Assembly: GCA_018819405.1 (NCBI GenBank)
Contig: JAHJQF010000001.1
Span: 290,097-354,096, forward strand
Direction: 5' to 3'
Length of the DNA: 64,000 nt
Origin: Patescibacteria group bacterium
Lineage (GTDB): Bacteria > Patescibacteriota > Patescibacteriia > UBA1558 > GWA2-36-10
The notes under the pieces are model-generated. The model saw only the letters and a program-made list of their open reading frames with translations, searched no databases and had not been told where the DNA came from. Position numbers and translations under genes: made by a program. This document shows, piece by piece, positions 26,014-37,178 of this stretch (positions within the stretch are counted from its first letter, which is position 1; every line of letters begins with the position of its first letter).

Positions 26014-27258
26014 TTATAATTCCTTGATTTCTCGGACAGCATTTTTTACAGAGTTGGCTACTTCTTTCATATCAATTATTACCGGAGAGGCGTGGCGTAA
26101 ATGGTCTACTATTTTTGGCAACTGACTCATCAAATATTTGAGGTCTTCTAGCTTGGTATATTTACCTAGAGTAAAACGCATAGAACCGTGGGCGGCTTCA
26201 TAGGGACAGCCTAGCGCGGTAATGACATGGCTGGGATCCAAGGTAGTAGAAGTACAAGCTGAGCCAGTTGAAGCTTGTATACCGACTTCATCAAGATAGA
26301 GGAGCATAGCTTCGCCTTCTATATCCATAATAGAAATATTGATGTTGTTTGGCAGTCTTTTGCTGGGATGTCCATTCAATCTAGTTTTTGGTATTTTGGT
26401 CAGTATTTCTTTGATCAACCAATCTCGTAGTTTTGTCAGACGGGCATTTTCTTTTTTCTTTTCCTGATGAGCTAGCACGACGGCTTTAGCAAAACCAACA
26501 ATACCGGGGACATTTTCAGTGCCACTTCTTAGGTTTTTTTCTTGTCCACCACCATCAACCAGGGCTTTTAGTTTGGTACCATTTCTGATATACAATGCCC
26601 CGACTCCTTTGGGACCGTATATTTTGCTGGCGTTTATAGTCAGAAGATCCAAATGCATTTTTTGGACATCGATATCTATTGCTCCTGTTGCCTGACAGGC
26701 ATCAGAGTGAAAATATATTTGCGGTAGGTCTTTAGCTACTCTTTCTTTGTTAATTTTGCTAATTAACGCCCCGATTTCTTGAATGGGCTCAATAGTGCCG
26801 ACTTCGTTGTTGGCCATCATGATAGATATTATGACTGTATTGTCTTTGATGGCTTTTTTGACGTCGTCTAGTCTGACTAGACCAAATTCATCAACTGGCA
26901 AAATAGACACTTCATGCCCAAATGAGCGATTGAGCTTTTCAGCAGAGTGGAGTACGGCGTGGTGCTCAATAGCGGAAGTGATAATATGACCTTTTTCAAT
27001 ATTGGTCAGCACACCTTTGAGTGCCAAATTGATACTTTCTGTACCGCCGCCAGTAAAAATTATTTCATCAGCCTGACAATTTATGATTTTGCTGATATTG
27101 TAGCGGGCTTCATTGATGGCCAATTTATTTTTGAGGCCCAATTTGTAGAGACTAGAGGGGTTACCAAAATTTTTGGTAAAATACGGTTCCATAGCCGAAA
27201 AAACTCGCGGGTCAACCGGAGTGGTTGAGGCGTAGTCTAAATATACATTTCTTTTCAT
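26014..27258 (-). CDS. iscS: Cysteine desulfurase
   Basis: YLDYASTTP, GNPSS, SKIYGPKG, STGSACTS. Confidence 0.92.
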   Translation of the reverse strand: MKRNVYLDYASTTPVDPRVFSAMEPYFTKNFGNPSSLYKLGLKNKLAINEARYNISKIINCQADEIIFTGGGTESINLALKGVLTNIEKGHIITSAIEHHAVLHSAEKLNRSFGHEVSILPVDEFGLVRLDDVKKAIKDNTVIISIMMANNEVGTIEPIQEIGALISKINKERVAKDLPQIYFHSDACQATGAIDIDVQKMHLDLLTINASKIYGPKGVGALYIRNGTKLKALVDGGGQEKNLRSGTENVPGIVGFAKAVVLAHQEKKKENARLTKLRDWLIKEILTKIPKTRLNGHPSKRLPNNINISIMDIEGEAMLLYLDEVGIQASTGSACTSTTLDPSHVITALGCPYEAAHGSMRFTLGKYTKLEDLKYLMSQLPKIVDHLRHASPVIIDMKEVANSVKNAVREIKEL

Positions 27259-27261
27259 AGA

Positions 27262-27480
27262 CTATTTCTTAGGAGGATAAAGCTGATTACCATCATCATC
27301 ATAGATAATAATGGCATTTACCGGGCAGCTTTGGGCAGCCTGCATAATAGTCTTTTCGTCATCTCCTTTTGGGTTTTTGACAATGGCAATGCCCTCGTCA
27401 TCAAGCTCAAAGGTACCAGGAGCCACATCAATGCAAGTGGCCACGCTAGTACAAGCTTCTCTGTCTACTTCTATTTTCAT
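27262..27480 (-). CDS. Single-cluster ferredoxin
   Basis: CTSVATC...SCPVNAI. Confidence 0.85.
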   Translation of the reverse strand: MKIEVDREACTSVATCIDVAPGTFELDDEGIAIVKNPKGDDEKTIMQAAQSCPVNAIIIYDDDGNQLYPPKK

Positions 27481-27770
27481 ATATATAAGTGATTAATTTA
27501 TTATATTTTAGATACTTATTATAACATACAAGATATAGATAAAAAAGTAAATAAATTGGTATTGAAAGTTGACAAAAGCGTTTTTTTGTGCTATCCTTAA
27601 GACATGTAAGTTGAAATTGGCGTTGATCCGCAAAGGCGGTCAGCCAATTTTTTTGTTTTATAGCTAAAGATAAAGGTTATAAAGCTCCAATAAGTCCCCA
27701 AACTTACATTTTTAAAAAAGCTTCCACAAAATTTAATTTTTAATTAGTAAAGTGGTGGGAAAGGATGGTT

Positions 27771-27914
27771 ATGCTTAACAATAATGTCGAATCATTCAAA
27801 CTGGTTATAAAACCAGGCGACAAAGAATTGCGTTCAAGTGACTATTGGGCAGTATTTGTTCTTTGCGCAGTAGGCGCATTTGTTCTACTTGTGGTCGTAG
27901 GCAAAGCTGTTTAA
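27771..27914 (+). CDS. Small TM peptide (47 aa), not in the ORF track
   Basis: AAGGA RBS; MLNNNVESFKL...WAVFVLCAVGAFVLLVVVGKAV. Confidence 0.5.
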   Translation: MLNNNVESFKLVIKPGDKELRSSDYWAVFVLCAVGAFVLLVVVGKAV

Positions 27915-27932
27915 TTATTAATAATCATTTTT

Positions 27933-28064
27933 ATGAAAAAGATAAAATCTTTTAGGCTCTCGCCGTGGCGATGCAATCCTACAGTCGAGAGTCATGAGAA
28001 CTGGGCAACTCTTTGTCTATTTCTCTTAGGGCTTGTCTATTTGACCTATTCATTTAGTGTTTGA
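27933..28064 (+). CDS. Small TM peptide (43 aa), similar to the previous one
   Basis: MKKIKSFRL...WATLCLFLLGLVYL. Confidence 0.45.
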   Translation: MKKIKSFRLSPWRCNPTVESHENWATLCLFLLGLVYLTYSFSV

Positions 28065-28289
28065 TCTCTATCAAACAAAAGTTAGCTCAAAAAATATCTC
28101 TCGACTCTTGGAGTTTACTCAGGGCTCGAGATAAAACAAAAATAAAAACAAAAAAATGCATCAAACCTATTATGTATTGCTCGTGTTTTCATGGGCACCG
28201 CTTACCTTGTACTGCTAGCCAAGTAGTATAAGAATCTCTGGCTTTTGTTCAGAGATAGAAAAACAAAAATAAAAAGTAAAAATTGAGTT

Positions 28290-28466
28290 ATGTCATTTTG
28301 GAAAAACTTATTTGGTTCTTCGGGCAATAATAAGAATTTGCCAATGCAAGAACCTGAGCATGAGATAATGCAGGCGCCACCTGATGATCTAATGGTGACT
28401 GATGATAAACAATCAGATCAAAATATAACAAAAGAAGACTCATTAAATAATAAAGATTCTCCCTGA
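28290..28466 (+). CDS. Small acidic protein (58 aa)
   Basis: MSFWKNLFG...; terminator-like hairpin at about 28509-28538. Confidence 0.5.
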   Translation: MSFWKNLFGSSGNNKNLPMQEPEHEIMQAPPDDLMVTDDKQSDQNITKEDSLNNKDSP

Positions 28467-28636
28467 GAGAAATAAAAAATATACTTTTTTGTAGTGAGTG
28501 TATTTTACCCAGCCGGACTCTTTCGGCTGGTTTTTTATTTTAAGCTAAAAAATGTTATAATAAAAGTAAAGTTTTTTAATACTAAAAAATGGGGTGTATC
28601 AAAATAAAAAGTAAAATTATTCTATAAGGTTATATT

Positions 28637-30409
28637 ATGTTAAAAAAACAAAAGAAAATTATTACTAGGGTGAAAACAAAAAATAAGCTTAGTTGGAAAA
28701 TTTGTGGTGAGGCTGGATTTGGCATCAAGTCAGCCGGTATGATGCTGGGCAAAGTTATGATGAGGGCAGGTTATGAATTATTTGATTATACAGAGTATCC
28801 TTCACTTATTCGTGGTGGACACAATGTTTTTCAGTTAATGGCTGATACTAGACCAGTCAACAGTGTGACCAAACAGGCAGATATTTTGGTAGCCCTAAAC
28901 CAAAATACAATCAGCAAGAATTTTGCTGATTTATATCACGGCGGGATTTTGATATATGATCAGGAAAAAGTAAAAATATCTCCTGCTAAGTTGCAAAAAA
29001 ATAATATTCACGGCTTGCCCATGCCACTGACCAGTATGGCCAAGTCAGCGGGCAGTGATTTGATGAGGAATGTGGTTTCTATCGGAGCAAGTCTTTATTT
29101 GATAGGACAAAATCTTACTATTGCCAATGCTGTAGTCAGACAAAATTTTGCCAACAAGGGCAAAAAAATAATTGATGGTAATCTCAAGGCTTTAAAAGAC
29201 GGCTATGATTTTGCGGCCAAAAATTTTAAAGGAGATTTGATCTGTCATTTACCAAAACTGGAAAGTAAAAACAATATTTTAATCTCAGCCAATGAGTCTT
29301 TAGCTTTGGGAGCACTAGCTGGGGGGCTCAATTTTTATGTGGCCTATCCTATGACTCCGTCTTCTTCAATTCTTCATTATCTAGCCGAAGTAGCGGAAAA
29401 AACTGGTATTGTAGTCAAGCACGCTGAAGATGAAATAGCCGTAGCCAATATGGCACTGGGAGCATCACATGTCGGAGCTAGAGCAATGGTCGGCACTTCA
29501 GGCGGGGGATTTTCTTTAATGACCGAGACACTGGGCTTGGTTTCTTTGACCGAAACGCCGCTAGTGATGATAGATGTCCAGAGATCAGGGCCAGCTACTG
29601 GGCTGCCTACTTGGACAGAGCAAGGTGATTTGCAATTTATGCTCCACGCTGCTCAAGGGGATTTTCCTAGGATTATTTTGGCACCAGGTGATGCTCAGGA
29701 GGCTTATGATTTGGCTCATCAGGCTCTCAATCTAGCTGATATTTATCAGTTGCCAGTAATTATTTTGTCAGACAAATTTATTGCCGAAGGAAATACCACT
29801 GTGCCTGCCTTTGATACAAAAAATGTCAAAGTAGACAGAGGAAAATTGTTGACTCAAGCTCAACTAAATAAAATAAAAAAATATTTGCGCTATATGGTGA
29901 CCAAAGACGGTATTTCGCCACGTGCTTTGCCGGGTATGAAAGGTGGTCTTTATATTGCCAACAGCGATGAGCACAATCCGTATGGTTTTTCTTGGGAAGA
30001 GGCTGATAATCGTATTGAGCAAGTCAATAAGCGCCAGAGAAAACTAGATACCTTTCAAAGTATTATGCCACAGCCTTTGGTCTACGGCAATCCTAAGGCC
30101 AAAAAGACAGTGGTTATTTGGGGTTCTACCAAGGGTGTGGTGCTTGATTCTTATGTATCATTGCCGGACAAGATAAAATCCAAAATAAAAATAATGCAGT
30201 ATCAATATCTATGGCCTTTGGCTGATAAATTCAGCAAGCATATTTTGGGCAGGTCAAAAGATATTTTACTTATTGAAAATAATAGTAATGGTCAATTAGG
30301 AAATTTGATTGCTCAAGAGACTGGTATAAAAATAAAAAATAGACTACTCAAATATGACGGCCGACCTTTTTTCAGAGAGGAAATAATTAGTGCTTTAAAG
30401 AAATTTTAA
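28637..30409 (+). CDS. korA: 2-oxoacid:ferredoxin oxidoreductase alpha subunit
   Basis: GEAGFG, YPMTPSS, AEDEIA, TSGGGF, QRSGPATGLPT. Confidence 0.92.
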   Translation: MLKKQKKIITRVKTKNKLSWKICGEAGFGIKSAGMMLGKVMMRAGYELFDYTEYPSLIRGGHNVFQLMADTRPVNSVTKQADILVALNQNTISKNFADLYHGGILIYDQEKVKISPAKLQKNNIHGLPMPLTSMAKSAGSDLMRNVVSIGASLYLIGQNLTIANAVVRQNFANKGKKIIDGNLKALKDGYDFAAKNFKGDLICHLPKLESKNNILISANESLALGALAGGLNFYVAYPMTPSSSILHYLAEVAEKTGIVVKHAEDEIAVANMALGASHVGARAMVGTSGGGFSLMTETLGLVSLTETPLVMIDVQRSGPATGLPTWTEQGDLQFMLHAAQGDFPRIILAPGDAQEAYDLAHQALNLADIYQLPVIILSDKFIAEGNTTVPAFDTKNVKVDRGKLLTQAQLNKIKKYLRYMVTKDGISPRALPGMKGGLYIANSDEHNPYGFSWEEADNRIEQVNKRQRKLDTFQSIMPQPLVYGNPKAKKTVVIWGSTKGVVLDSYVSLPDKIKSKIKIMQYQYLWPLADKFSKHILGRSKDILLIENNSNGQLGNLIAQETGIKIKNRLLKYDGRPFFREEIISALKKF

Positions 30410-30505
30410 TATTTTTATTTACCATTTTTGCGTACGCGGTAATTATATAGTTTAATTTGAAAAAGTAATTTAGATTCCGGATCGAGTCCGGAATGACAAA
30501 AACAT

Positions 30506-31363
30506 ATGAAACAAAAAGATTGGGATACAAGCTACAAAAATACTTGGTGCCCTGGTTGTGGAAATTTTGGCATTATTATTGCTCTTAAAAATGCTTTAAT
30601 AGAATTGGGTCTAAAGCCGGAAAATGTGCTTTTGGTGGCTGGTATAGGCTGTAGTGGTAATGGGGTAAATTTTTTGAAAGCTTATGGCTGGCATTCTTTA
30701 CACGGCCGGGCGCTGCCTACGGCAGTTGGTGCTAAATTGGCCAACAAAGATTTGACAGTAATTGTCATGGCCGGAGACGGTGATGGTTATGGCGAGGGTA
30801 TGGGTCATTTTATTCATGCTGTCAGGGGTAATGCCAATATTACTTATATTACTCATGACAACAAGCTCTATAGTCTGACAACAGGCCAAGCTGCTCCAAC
30901 AACTGACAAAGGCACTAAGACAAAATCCACTCCGGAAGGATTGATAGAGGTCTCAGCCAATCCAATAAGCTTGGCTTTGTCAGCTGGCGGTACATTTGTG
31001 TCTCGTGGTTTTGCCGGCAATGCTGATCATCTTAAAGAACTTTTGAAGCAAGCTATCAATCATCCAGGATTTTCTTTGGTGGATGTTTATCAGCCTTGTG
31101 TGACTTTCAATAAAATCAACACATTTAAATTTTATTTTGATAGGCTTTACAATCTGGATGAAAACAAAGAATATAATCCAGCTAATATTGAAATGGCTTT
31201 CAAAGAATCATTGATCTGGGGAGACAAAATTCCTTATGGTTTGTTTTACAAATCAAGTCGTCCCAGCTATGACAATTTTTTGCCTCAGTTAAATGGCAAA
31301 GCTTTGGTCAAGCGCCCAATGGGAGTTAGAAATATTAGTAGTTTGGTAAAATCTTTTGCTTAG
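30506..31363 (+). CDS. korB: 2-oxoacid:ferredoxin oxidoreductase beta subunit
   Basis: WCPGCG, GIGCS, GDGDG TPP motif, QPCVTFN. Confidence 0.92.
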   Translation: MKQKDWDTSYKNTWCPGCGNFGIIIALKNALIELGLKPENVLLVAGIGCSGNGVNFLKAYGWHSLHGRALPTAVGAKLANKDLTVIVMAGDGDGYGEGMGHFIHAVRGNANITYITHDNKLYSLTTGQAAPTTDKGTKTKSTPEGLIEVSANPISLALSAGGTFVSRGFAGNADHLKELLKQAINHPGFSLVDVYQPCVTFNKINTFKFYFDRLYNLDENKEYNPANIEMAFKESLIWGDKIPYGLFYKSSRPSYDNFLPQLNGKALVKRPMGVRNISSLVKSFA

Positions 31364-31367
31364 TTGT

Positions 31368-32168
31368 ATGAAAAAAATCTCTTCCCAAGGAATTAGTATG
31401 ATACAACTGATAATTACAGTAGCAGTTATTTTGATAATAGGTGCATCAGTTTTTGTCTGGATTGATCCAACTGCTAGGATAAATGTCGCCAAAGATAAAA
31501 AAAGGCAAGAGGCGGTTATGGTTTTGTCAGCCGCTATATCAGACTACACAAAAAATAATGGCGGGGCTTTGCCAGTTTTGGGGGTAATCACTACCGGCAA
31601 AAAAGTATTGTGTACTGTCCAAGGCGGGGGCAATTTGAGCTGTGACGGCAGCAGCTTACCGTGTTTGCGTATTGCGGATCAGGATTTTTATAATGATTAT
31701 TTGCCACAGTTACCAATAGATCCTGACAAGACCGCAAATACCGATACTGGCTATTATGTAAAAAAAACCAGTGATAATAAATTGGTAGTGGGAGCTTGCA
31801 CCAATGGTGGCTCAACCGCTATTGCCAATACTTCCACTATTGATATAAATTGTAGCGCCTATGCCGGCGGACACTGTTGGATCTTGGACGATGCCTTAAA
31901 TCAAAATTGTAATACAGCTTGTGCTGATGTGGGCCTAAGGTGTGTGTCAGGCGTAAGTTATGGACCAGATGTTGACTCGGGAGGTAGCGCTTATTGTGCT
32001 TTGGCCAAGAATTTGTCAAGTGGTTGTAGTTCTAGTTGCTCCGAGGCAACTAGCGGCTATCCACCTTATACTAGTGACGACTGGGCTGATTGTTGGACTC
32101 AAGACACAGTAGTTTTGTGTAATCAAGCGCCCGGAGCCAGTCGTTTTGCAATTTGCCCTTGTCAGTAA
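31368..32168 (+). CDS. Pilin/type II secretion pseudopilin-like protein with a Cys-rich C-terminus
   Basis: QGISMIQLIITVAVILII prepilin-like N-terminus; LPIDP motif. Confidence 0.7.
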   Translation: MKKISSQGISMIQLIITVAVILIIGASVFVWIDPTARINVAKDKKRQEAVMVLSAAISDYTKNNGGALPVLGVITTGKKVLCTVQGGGNLSCDGSSLPCLRIADQDFYNDYLPQLPIDPDKTANTDTGYYVKKTSDNKLVVGACTNGGSTAIANTSTIDINCSAYAGGHCWILDDALNQNCNTACADVGLRCVSGVSYGPDVDSGGSAYCALAKNLSSGCSSSCSEATSGYPPYTSDDWADCWTQDTVVLCNQAPGASRFAICPCQ

Positions 32169-32254
32169 TAGATGTTTTTTAACCCGCCGCGGCCTTTGGC
32201 CGCGGCGGGTTATTTATGTTATAATAATAAAAGTTAAATTACTTATAAAAACAA

Positions 32255-35200
32255 ATGACACTTGAGAAAATACAAAATCATTTAGCTCTACTTTTTTTTA
32301 GTATTTTGGTAGTTTTGCAAGCTTTGGTTTTTGTGGCCGTCAGAGCCAATGATAACAGTCAAGATTTGCAGGCAGTATTTGTCAATCCATCTATTGGTCA
32401 GTCTCTGGAAGCTGGCGAGGCTTTTTATATCCAAGCTCAATTGAGTTCTGATAAATACCAGGACTTGGTTGGCGCTTATTTTGTTTGGTACGACTTAGCT
32501 ACTAATCAGAGATTAAATTTTGAAGCAGACAAACAAAGCGACGGCACCTGGAAAGCTCAGGCTATACTTGATGTCAGTCAGTTTGTACCGGGCACTTATT
32601 ATCTGCAAGCTGTAGTGCCTATTTTTGACAAGGGAATTTTTGTAGAAAACGAAGTATCAATACCACAGGTAGTAAATATTGTTGGTGAGCTTGCGGCTTC
32701 GCTTGAGGGTGTAAATTCAACAGATATTTTTCAGGTTGCTTTTATCTCTCCAATGGAGGGTAAATATTATCCAAATAATATCAATCTAGATATAGATGTT
32801 CAGTTGACGGGTAATGAGATGGTTTATGAAGATTTTGATATGGATGTTGCCAGGTTTACAGTTAGAAGCTTTGAGGAAGCTAATAAGGTCATTGCTACAG
32901 CCAGTGCCAATTATACGGCGGCTTCCTATACAGGTACAGGTGTATTGGATTTGTCTCCTTTGCTTGCTGGCACTTATTATTTAGCGTTGGAAGTCCAAGC
33001 AATTAGTACTAGGCAATATATAACTGTAGCCAGTATAATTTTTAATATAATTGAACCATCATTGGTAGATCAAGAAGATATATTAAATTTGCAAATTAAT
33101 GTTTTGTCTCCTCGAAATAATTCCACTGTGTCAGGCGACTTACAAATTGATGTAGTGCCAAGCTATCAACTCCAGCTACCATCGGAGCGTGTGGCTGTGA
33201 TTATAAACAACAATGCTAGAATACTATTAGAATTGGCTGCAGATGGGCACTTGAAAAAAACAATAGATACTACAGCCCAGCTTAATGGTGAGCCGGTTTA
33301 TCCAAATGGTGATTATACCCTGAGCTTTATGTATTATTTAGAAGATCAAACTGTGATTGATCCTATTGAATTGGCTACTACAACAATAATCATAAACAAT
33401 ATTAATGAGCCTGAGGAAAAAGATCCAGTATTTTTGTTTAATGCACCTCAAGACGGGCAGGTCATTAGCCAAAATTCTTTTACATTAAATGTTCAGACAA
33501 ATTTTGAGACAGAAGCGGTAAAATATGAAATCTATGATAGCCAAAATCCTTCCATTACTATCGGAGAAACAACTGTACCAAAAACAGATGGTCTTAATTG
33601 GGTAAGAGAAGTTATTTTGGATGATTATTTACCAGACGGAGAAAATTATGTTTTACATGTGGAAGCTCTTTATCAAGGCGAGACAATCGCTAGTGATCTT
33701 TCTATTGTTTTAGATAGGATAGAAGAACAGGCACCAATCCCAGCGGAAACAAATTTATATTTACACGGCATATCTACCAATTTGGAACCACAGAGTGTAT
33801 TGATAGGTAGTGGTAATATTTTAGGAGACTTATCATTTGTTTTTCATAATACAGCTACCGAAGAAGAAATCATTTCTCCGGCTCAGCTAATTAACTGTGA
33901 TCAAAGTGTAATAAATAATACTATTAGGCAGGAAATTCAAAATTTGGGTAGTACATACTGTTTTTACAAAGTTGTAGCCGGTGATTTGCAGGATGATTTG
34001 GAAAATGGCAATTATGAAATAAGTCTTAGTTATAATGGTGATACTATTATAAATAGTCAGACCAAACTAATTTCATATTTTAATTCGGAAAATCAATCGA
34101 CAGAAGAAGTAGAAGAAGAGGAAGTAATAGTAAAAATTTTTGGACCCATACCTATAGTTGAAGCTCAAAATCAACGTCTATTATTTTATGTGGCTACTAG
34201 TATTAATCCTATTGATTATGATCAAATTTTAAGTTTTTGGATAAAAGATAGTCAGGATAGAGAAGTACTTAGTGGGGCACTATCCAGATCAAACTGGGAT
34301 AATGCCGCTGTCAGGGGAATATTTTTGGGAGACAATCCAGAGACACCTTATCTTTTTGATACTTTCAGAGATACATCTGGCAATTCAATTTTGTCTCAAG
34401 ATGGTACTTATAAAGCTTATGTAGAGTTGGCTTTAAATGATAGTACTATTATCAAGAGTAATGAGCTTACTTTTGAAATAATAAATAGTTATTTAGCTGG
34501 TTATGCTCCAACAGATCAAGAAGAATTAGAAGATCAAGTAGAAGAAAATAAACAACCACAACAGATTAGATCCGGTGGTGGATCAGATGTGGCCATTGGT
34601 CTGTATACTAGTTGTTTAGAAGCGGGTATTATTGATGAAAATACTTGTCTGCGCTTTAGAGCAGTGATGGATTCTTTGGATAACAGATGTATTAATCAGG
34701 ATATTTATGAAGAAGTGGCTTGTGAGGATTATCTAAATAGGATAGAAGTGGACAAGGAATGTCAGGATCAAAGTATAATAGACAAAGAACAATGCAAAGA
34801 TTATCTTTTGGAAAAATACGGCAGTCAGGTTGATTGTCAGTTGGTAGATACTGGCCTTTGTACTGATATTTTGAGAAATAGCTATCTCAATCGTTTGGTA
34901 GTAGCTCAAAAAAGAAGTATTATGATAAATGAAGCTATTGCACCTTTGATTGGTAAAAATTTAGAAATTTTGGAAGTCAGTAATGAGCTAGAAAATAAAG
35001 GAATTAGCTTGGAAGATTTGTTGCCAATTAAAAAAGAAGATAGTTATAAAGTTTTGGTTGCACCATCAACTAAGGAAACCGTGCTAGAAGACACCAATAA
35101 ACTGACCGTTATCAATCAAGCAGTTATGATAGCAGATAGTGATGGAGATGGGTTGGTTGATGATTTAGAAGGATATTATGGAACTGATCCAAACAATAGT

Positions 35201-35788
35201 GATAGTGATGGTGACGGCTATTCGGATGGTATGGAGATAAATAATGGTTACGATCCTTTGGGTCCGGGAGCTTTAGTCAGAGAAAGGACTAATTTGGACA
35301 AGATTATTTTGTCAAAAATCAATCTGGAACAACCCAAAGAAAAATCAAAAAAGATAGACAAAAGTTTCAAAGTAGCTTCTGTTAATTCTCAAGAGAAAGA
35401 AGTGGAATTAAATGGTCAGGCTGACCCCAATACTTGGGTAAACATTTATTTGTATAGTTCTTTGCCACTAGTTATGACTACCAAAACAGACGCCAGTGGT
35501 AACTGGTCATATGATATAAAACATTCATTGGCTGAAGGACACCATAGGGTATATGTGACAGTCAATGATGACACTGGTAAAATAGTCAAACAATCTCAGC
35601 CTATTTCCTTTTTAATCAAAGAAGCTCAGGCTGTGACAGCAGATAGCTATTTTGATGAAAGTGAAGTGCCTGATAGTGTCAACAATTTACTCGTTTATTA
35701 TATTTTGGGAGCAGCATTCTTAATATTTTTTGCGCTGGGTATTATACTATTTCTTCATAGAGGCAAGAGGCCTGATCTAGAGGCATAA
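32255..35788 (+). CDS. Large membrane-anchored surface protein (Ig-like domains, TSP3-like DxDxDG repeats)
   Basis: Signal peptide, DSDGDG repeats, C-terminal TM helix. Confidence 0.75.
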   Translation: MTLEKIQNHLALLFFSILVVLQALVFVAVRANDNSQDLQAVFVNPSIGQSLEAGEAFYIQAQLSSDKYQDLVGAYFVWYDLATNQRLNFEADKQSDGTWKAQAILDVSQFVPGTYYLQAVVPIFDKGIFVENEVSIPQVVNIVGELAASLEGVNSTDIFQVAFISPMEGKYYPNNINLDIDVQLTGNEMVYEDFDMDVARFTVRSFEEANKVIATASANYTAASYTGTGVLDLSPLLAGTYYLALEVQAISTRQYITVASIIFNIIEPSLVDQEDILNLQINVLSPRNNSTVSGDLQIDVVPSYQLQLPSERVAVIINNNARILLELAADGHLKKTIDTTAQLNGEPVYPNGDYTLSFMYYLEDQTVIDPIELATTTIIINNINEPEEKDPVFLFNAPQDGQVISQNSFTLNVQTNFETEAVKYEIYDSQNPSITIGETTVPKTDGLNWVREVILDDYLPDGENYVLHVEALYQGETIASDLSIVLDRIEEQAPIPAETNLYLHGISTNLEPQSVLIGSGNILGDLSFVFHNTATEEEIISPAQLINCDQSVINNTIRQEIQNLGSTYCFYKVVAGDLQDDLENGNYEISLSYNGDTIINSQTKLISYFNSENQSTEEVEEEEVIVKIFGPIPIVEAQNQRLLFYVATSINPIDYDQILSFWIKDSQDREVLSGALSRSNWDNAAVRGIFLGDNPETPYLFDTFRDTSGNSILSQDGTYKAYVELALNDSTIIKSNELTFEIINSYLAGYAPTDQEELEDQVEENKQPQQIRSGGGSDVAIGLYTSCLEAGIIDENTCLRFRAVMDSLDNRCINQDIYEEVACEDYLNRIEVDKECQDQSIIDKEQCKDYLLEKYGSQVDCQLVDTGLCTDILRNSYLNRLVVAQKRSIMINEAIAPLIGKNLEILEVSNELENKGISLEDLLPIKKEDSYKVLVAPSTKETVLEDTNKLTVINQAVMIADSDGDGLVDDLEGYYGTDPNNSDSDGDGYSDGMEINNGYDPLGPGALVRERTNLDKIILSKINLEQPKEKSKKIDKSFKVASVNSQEKEVELNGQADPNTWVNIYLYSSLPLVMTTKTDASGNWSYDIKHSLAEGHHRVYVTVNDDTGKIVKQSQPISFLIKEAQAVTADSYFDESEVPDSVNNLLVYYILGAAFLIFFALGIILFLHRGKRPDLEA

Positions 35789-35790
35789 AA

Positions 35791-37173
35791 ATGGCAAAAA
35801 TAAAAACCACTTTTTTTCTAAAACAATATCAGCAGGTGATATATGCTATTATCCTGATTATTTTAATTCCTTTGGCTATTATTTTAAATACAATTTGGTC
35901 GGTCAAATCTTTTCAGAGAAATATTGATATTAGTTTGCAGAGACAGGCGCTGCTTATTGGACAGGTGTTTGATGCTACTGTATATCAAGACATAGCTGAT
36001 ACCAATGAATTGCAAGCCAAAGTAGAATCACTAGCTCAATCCAATATAGGGCTGACTACTTTTGATGTGTTGGCCAAAGAGGGAGAAAATTTTAAGACAA
36101 TAGCCAGTTTGCAAGCGGAAAAAGTCGGGAATTCAGCTAATGATCTAAATTATATAATAGCTTGGCATCAGGATGAGGCAATTGCTACATTAGTATCTGG
36201 TTTGGCTGAGACCGGTAGAGCTGACGAACGTTTTTGGGAATTGGCTATGCCTCTTCATTCCAAAACAGGTGATAAGGAAGCGATACTCAGCTTACGTCTG
36301 TCGCTCAAATTGATTGATGACTTGGTCAAAGGAACGCTGACCAATTCTTATATTATCCTAGCTATTACCATAATGATTGTAATTTTGCTCTTGGCTTTGA
36401 ATACTCGTCTGTTTGAGCACGCGATACTTTTTAAAAAACTCAAAGAGGTAGATCAGATGAAAGATGAATTTATTTCTATTGCTTCTCATGAGCTTAGAAC
36501 TCCTATCACAACACTCAAAGGTTTTGTGTCTATGGCTTTGGAAGGTGACTATGGCAATTTGAATGAACAGGGTACCAAAGGTTTTAAAATCATGGAAGCG
36601 TCTATCAATCGTCTAGGTAGCCTGGTGGAGGATCTTTTAAATGTCAGTCGGATTGAACAAAACAGGTTGATTATCAAAAGGCTACCATTAGACACTAAAG
36701 CAATCCTAAATAGCTTGGCTGATGAATTTGAATTTAGAATAAAAGAAAAAGGACTGATTTTTAAAAAAGATCTAGCTGATGATTTGCCTCGTATTTGGGC
36801 TGATGAAGACAGGTTTAGGCAGGTGGTCATAAACTTAATGGGTAATGCGGTCAAATATACCAAGCAGGGTGAGATAGAGCTTACTGCTAAGGCCAGTGAT
36901 AAAAAATTTGTCACTATTACTGTCAAAGATAGCGGTATTGGTATGACAGCTCAAGAAAGACAAAGTCTTTTTGAAAAATTTTATAGAATACAAAGTGATG
37001 ATACCAAAGGTATTGTGGGCACTGGTCTGGGTTTATGGATTACCAAGCAAATTGTAGAAATACTAGGTGGTCAGATATTTGTAGATAGTATCAAACATGT
37101 GGGCAGTCAATTTTATTTTACAATACCAATATATAATCCATTGACTCATAAACAAGAGGAAAATAAAAAATAA
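35791..37173 (+). CDS. Sensor histidine kinase
   Basis: SHELRTP, NAVKYT, DSGIG, GTGLGL. Confidence 0.92.
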   Translation: MAKIKTTFFLKQYQQVIYAIILIILIPLAIILNTIWSVKSFQRNIDISLQRQALLIGQVFDATVYQDIADTNELQAKVESLAQSNIGLTTFDVLAKEGENFKTIASLQAEKVGNSANDLNYIIAWHQDEAIATLVSGLAETGRADERFWELAMPLHSKTGDKEAILSLRLSLKLIDDLVKGTLTNSYIILAITIMIVILLLALNTRLFEHAILFKKLKEVDQMKDEFISIASHELRTPITTLKGFVSMALEGDYGNLNEQGTKGFKIMEASINRLGSLVEDLLNVSRIEQNRLIIKRLPLDTKAILNSLADEFEFRIKEKGLIFKKDLADDLPRIWADEDRFRQVVINLMGNAVKYTKQGEIELTAKASDKKFVTITVKDSGIGMTAQERQSLFEKFYRIQSDDTKGIVGTGLGLWITKQIVEILGGQIFVDSIKHVGSQFYFTIPIYNPLTHKQEENKK

Positions 37174-37178
37174 ATTTT

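Noticed and set aside
27604-27710. c-di-GMP-I riboswitch (GCAAA-like motif)
   Set aside because: The other conserved elements are not recognisable, so it is kept only as an unassigned structured leader.
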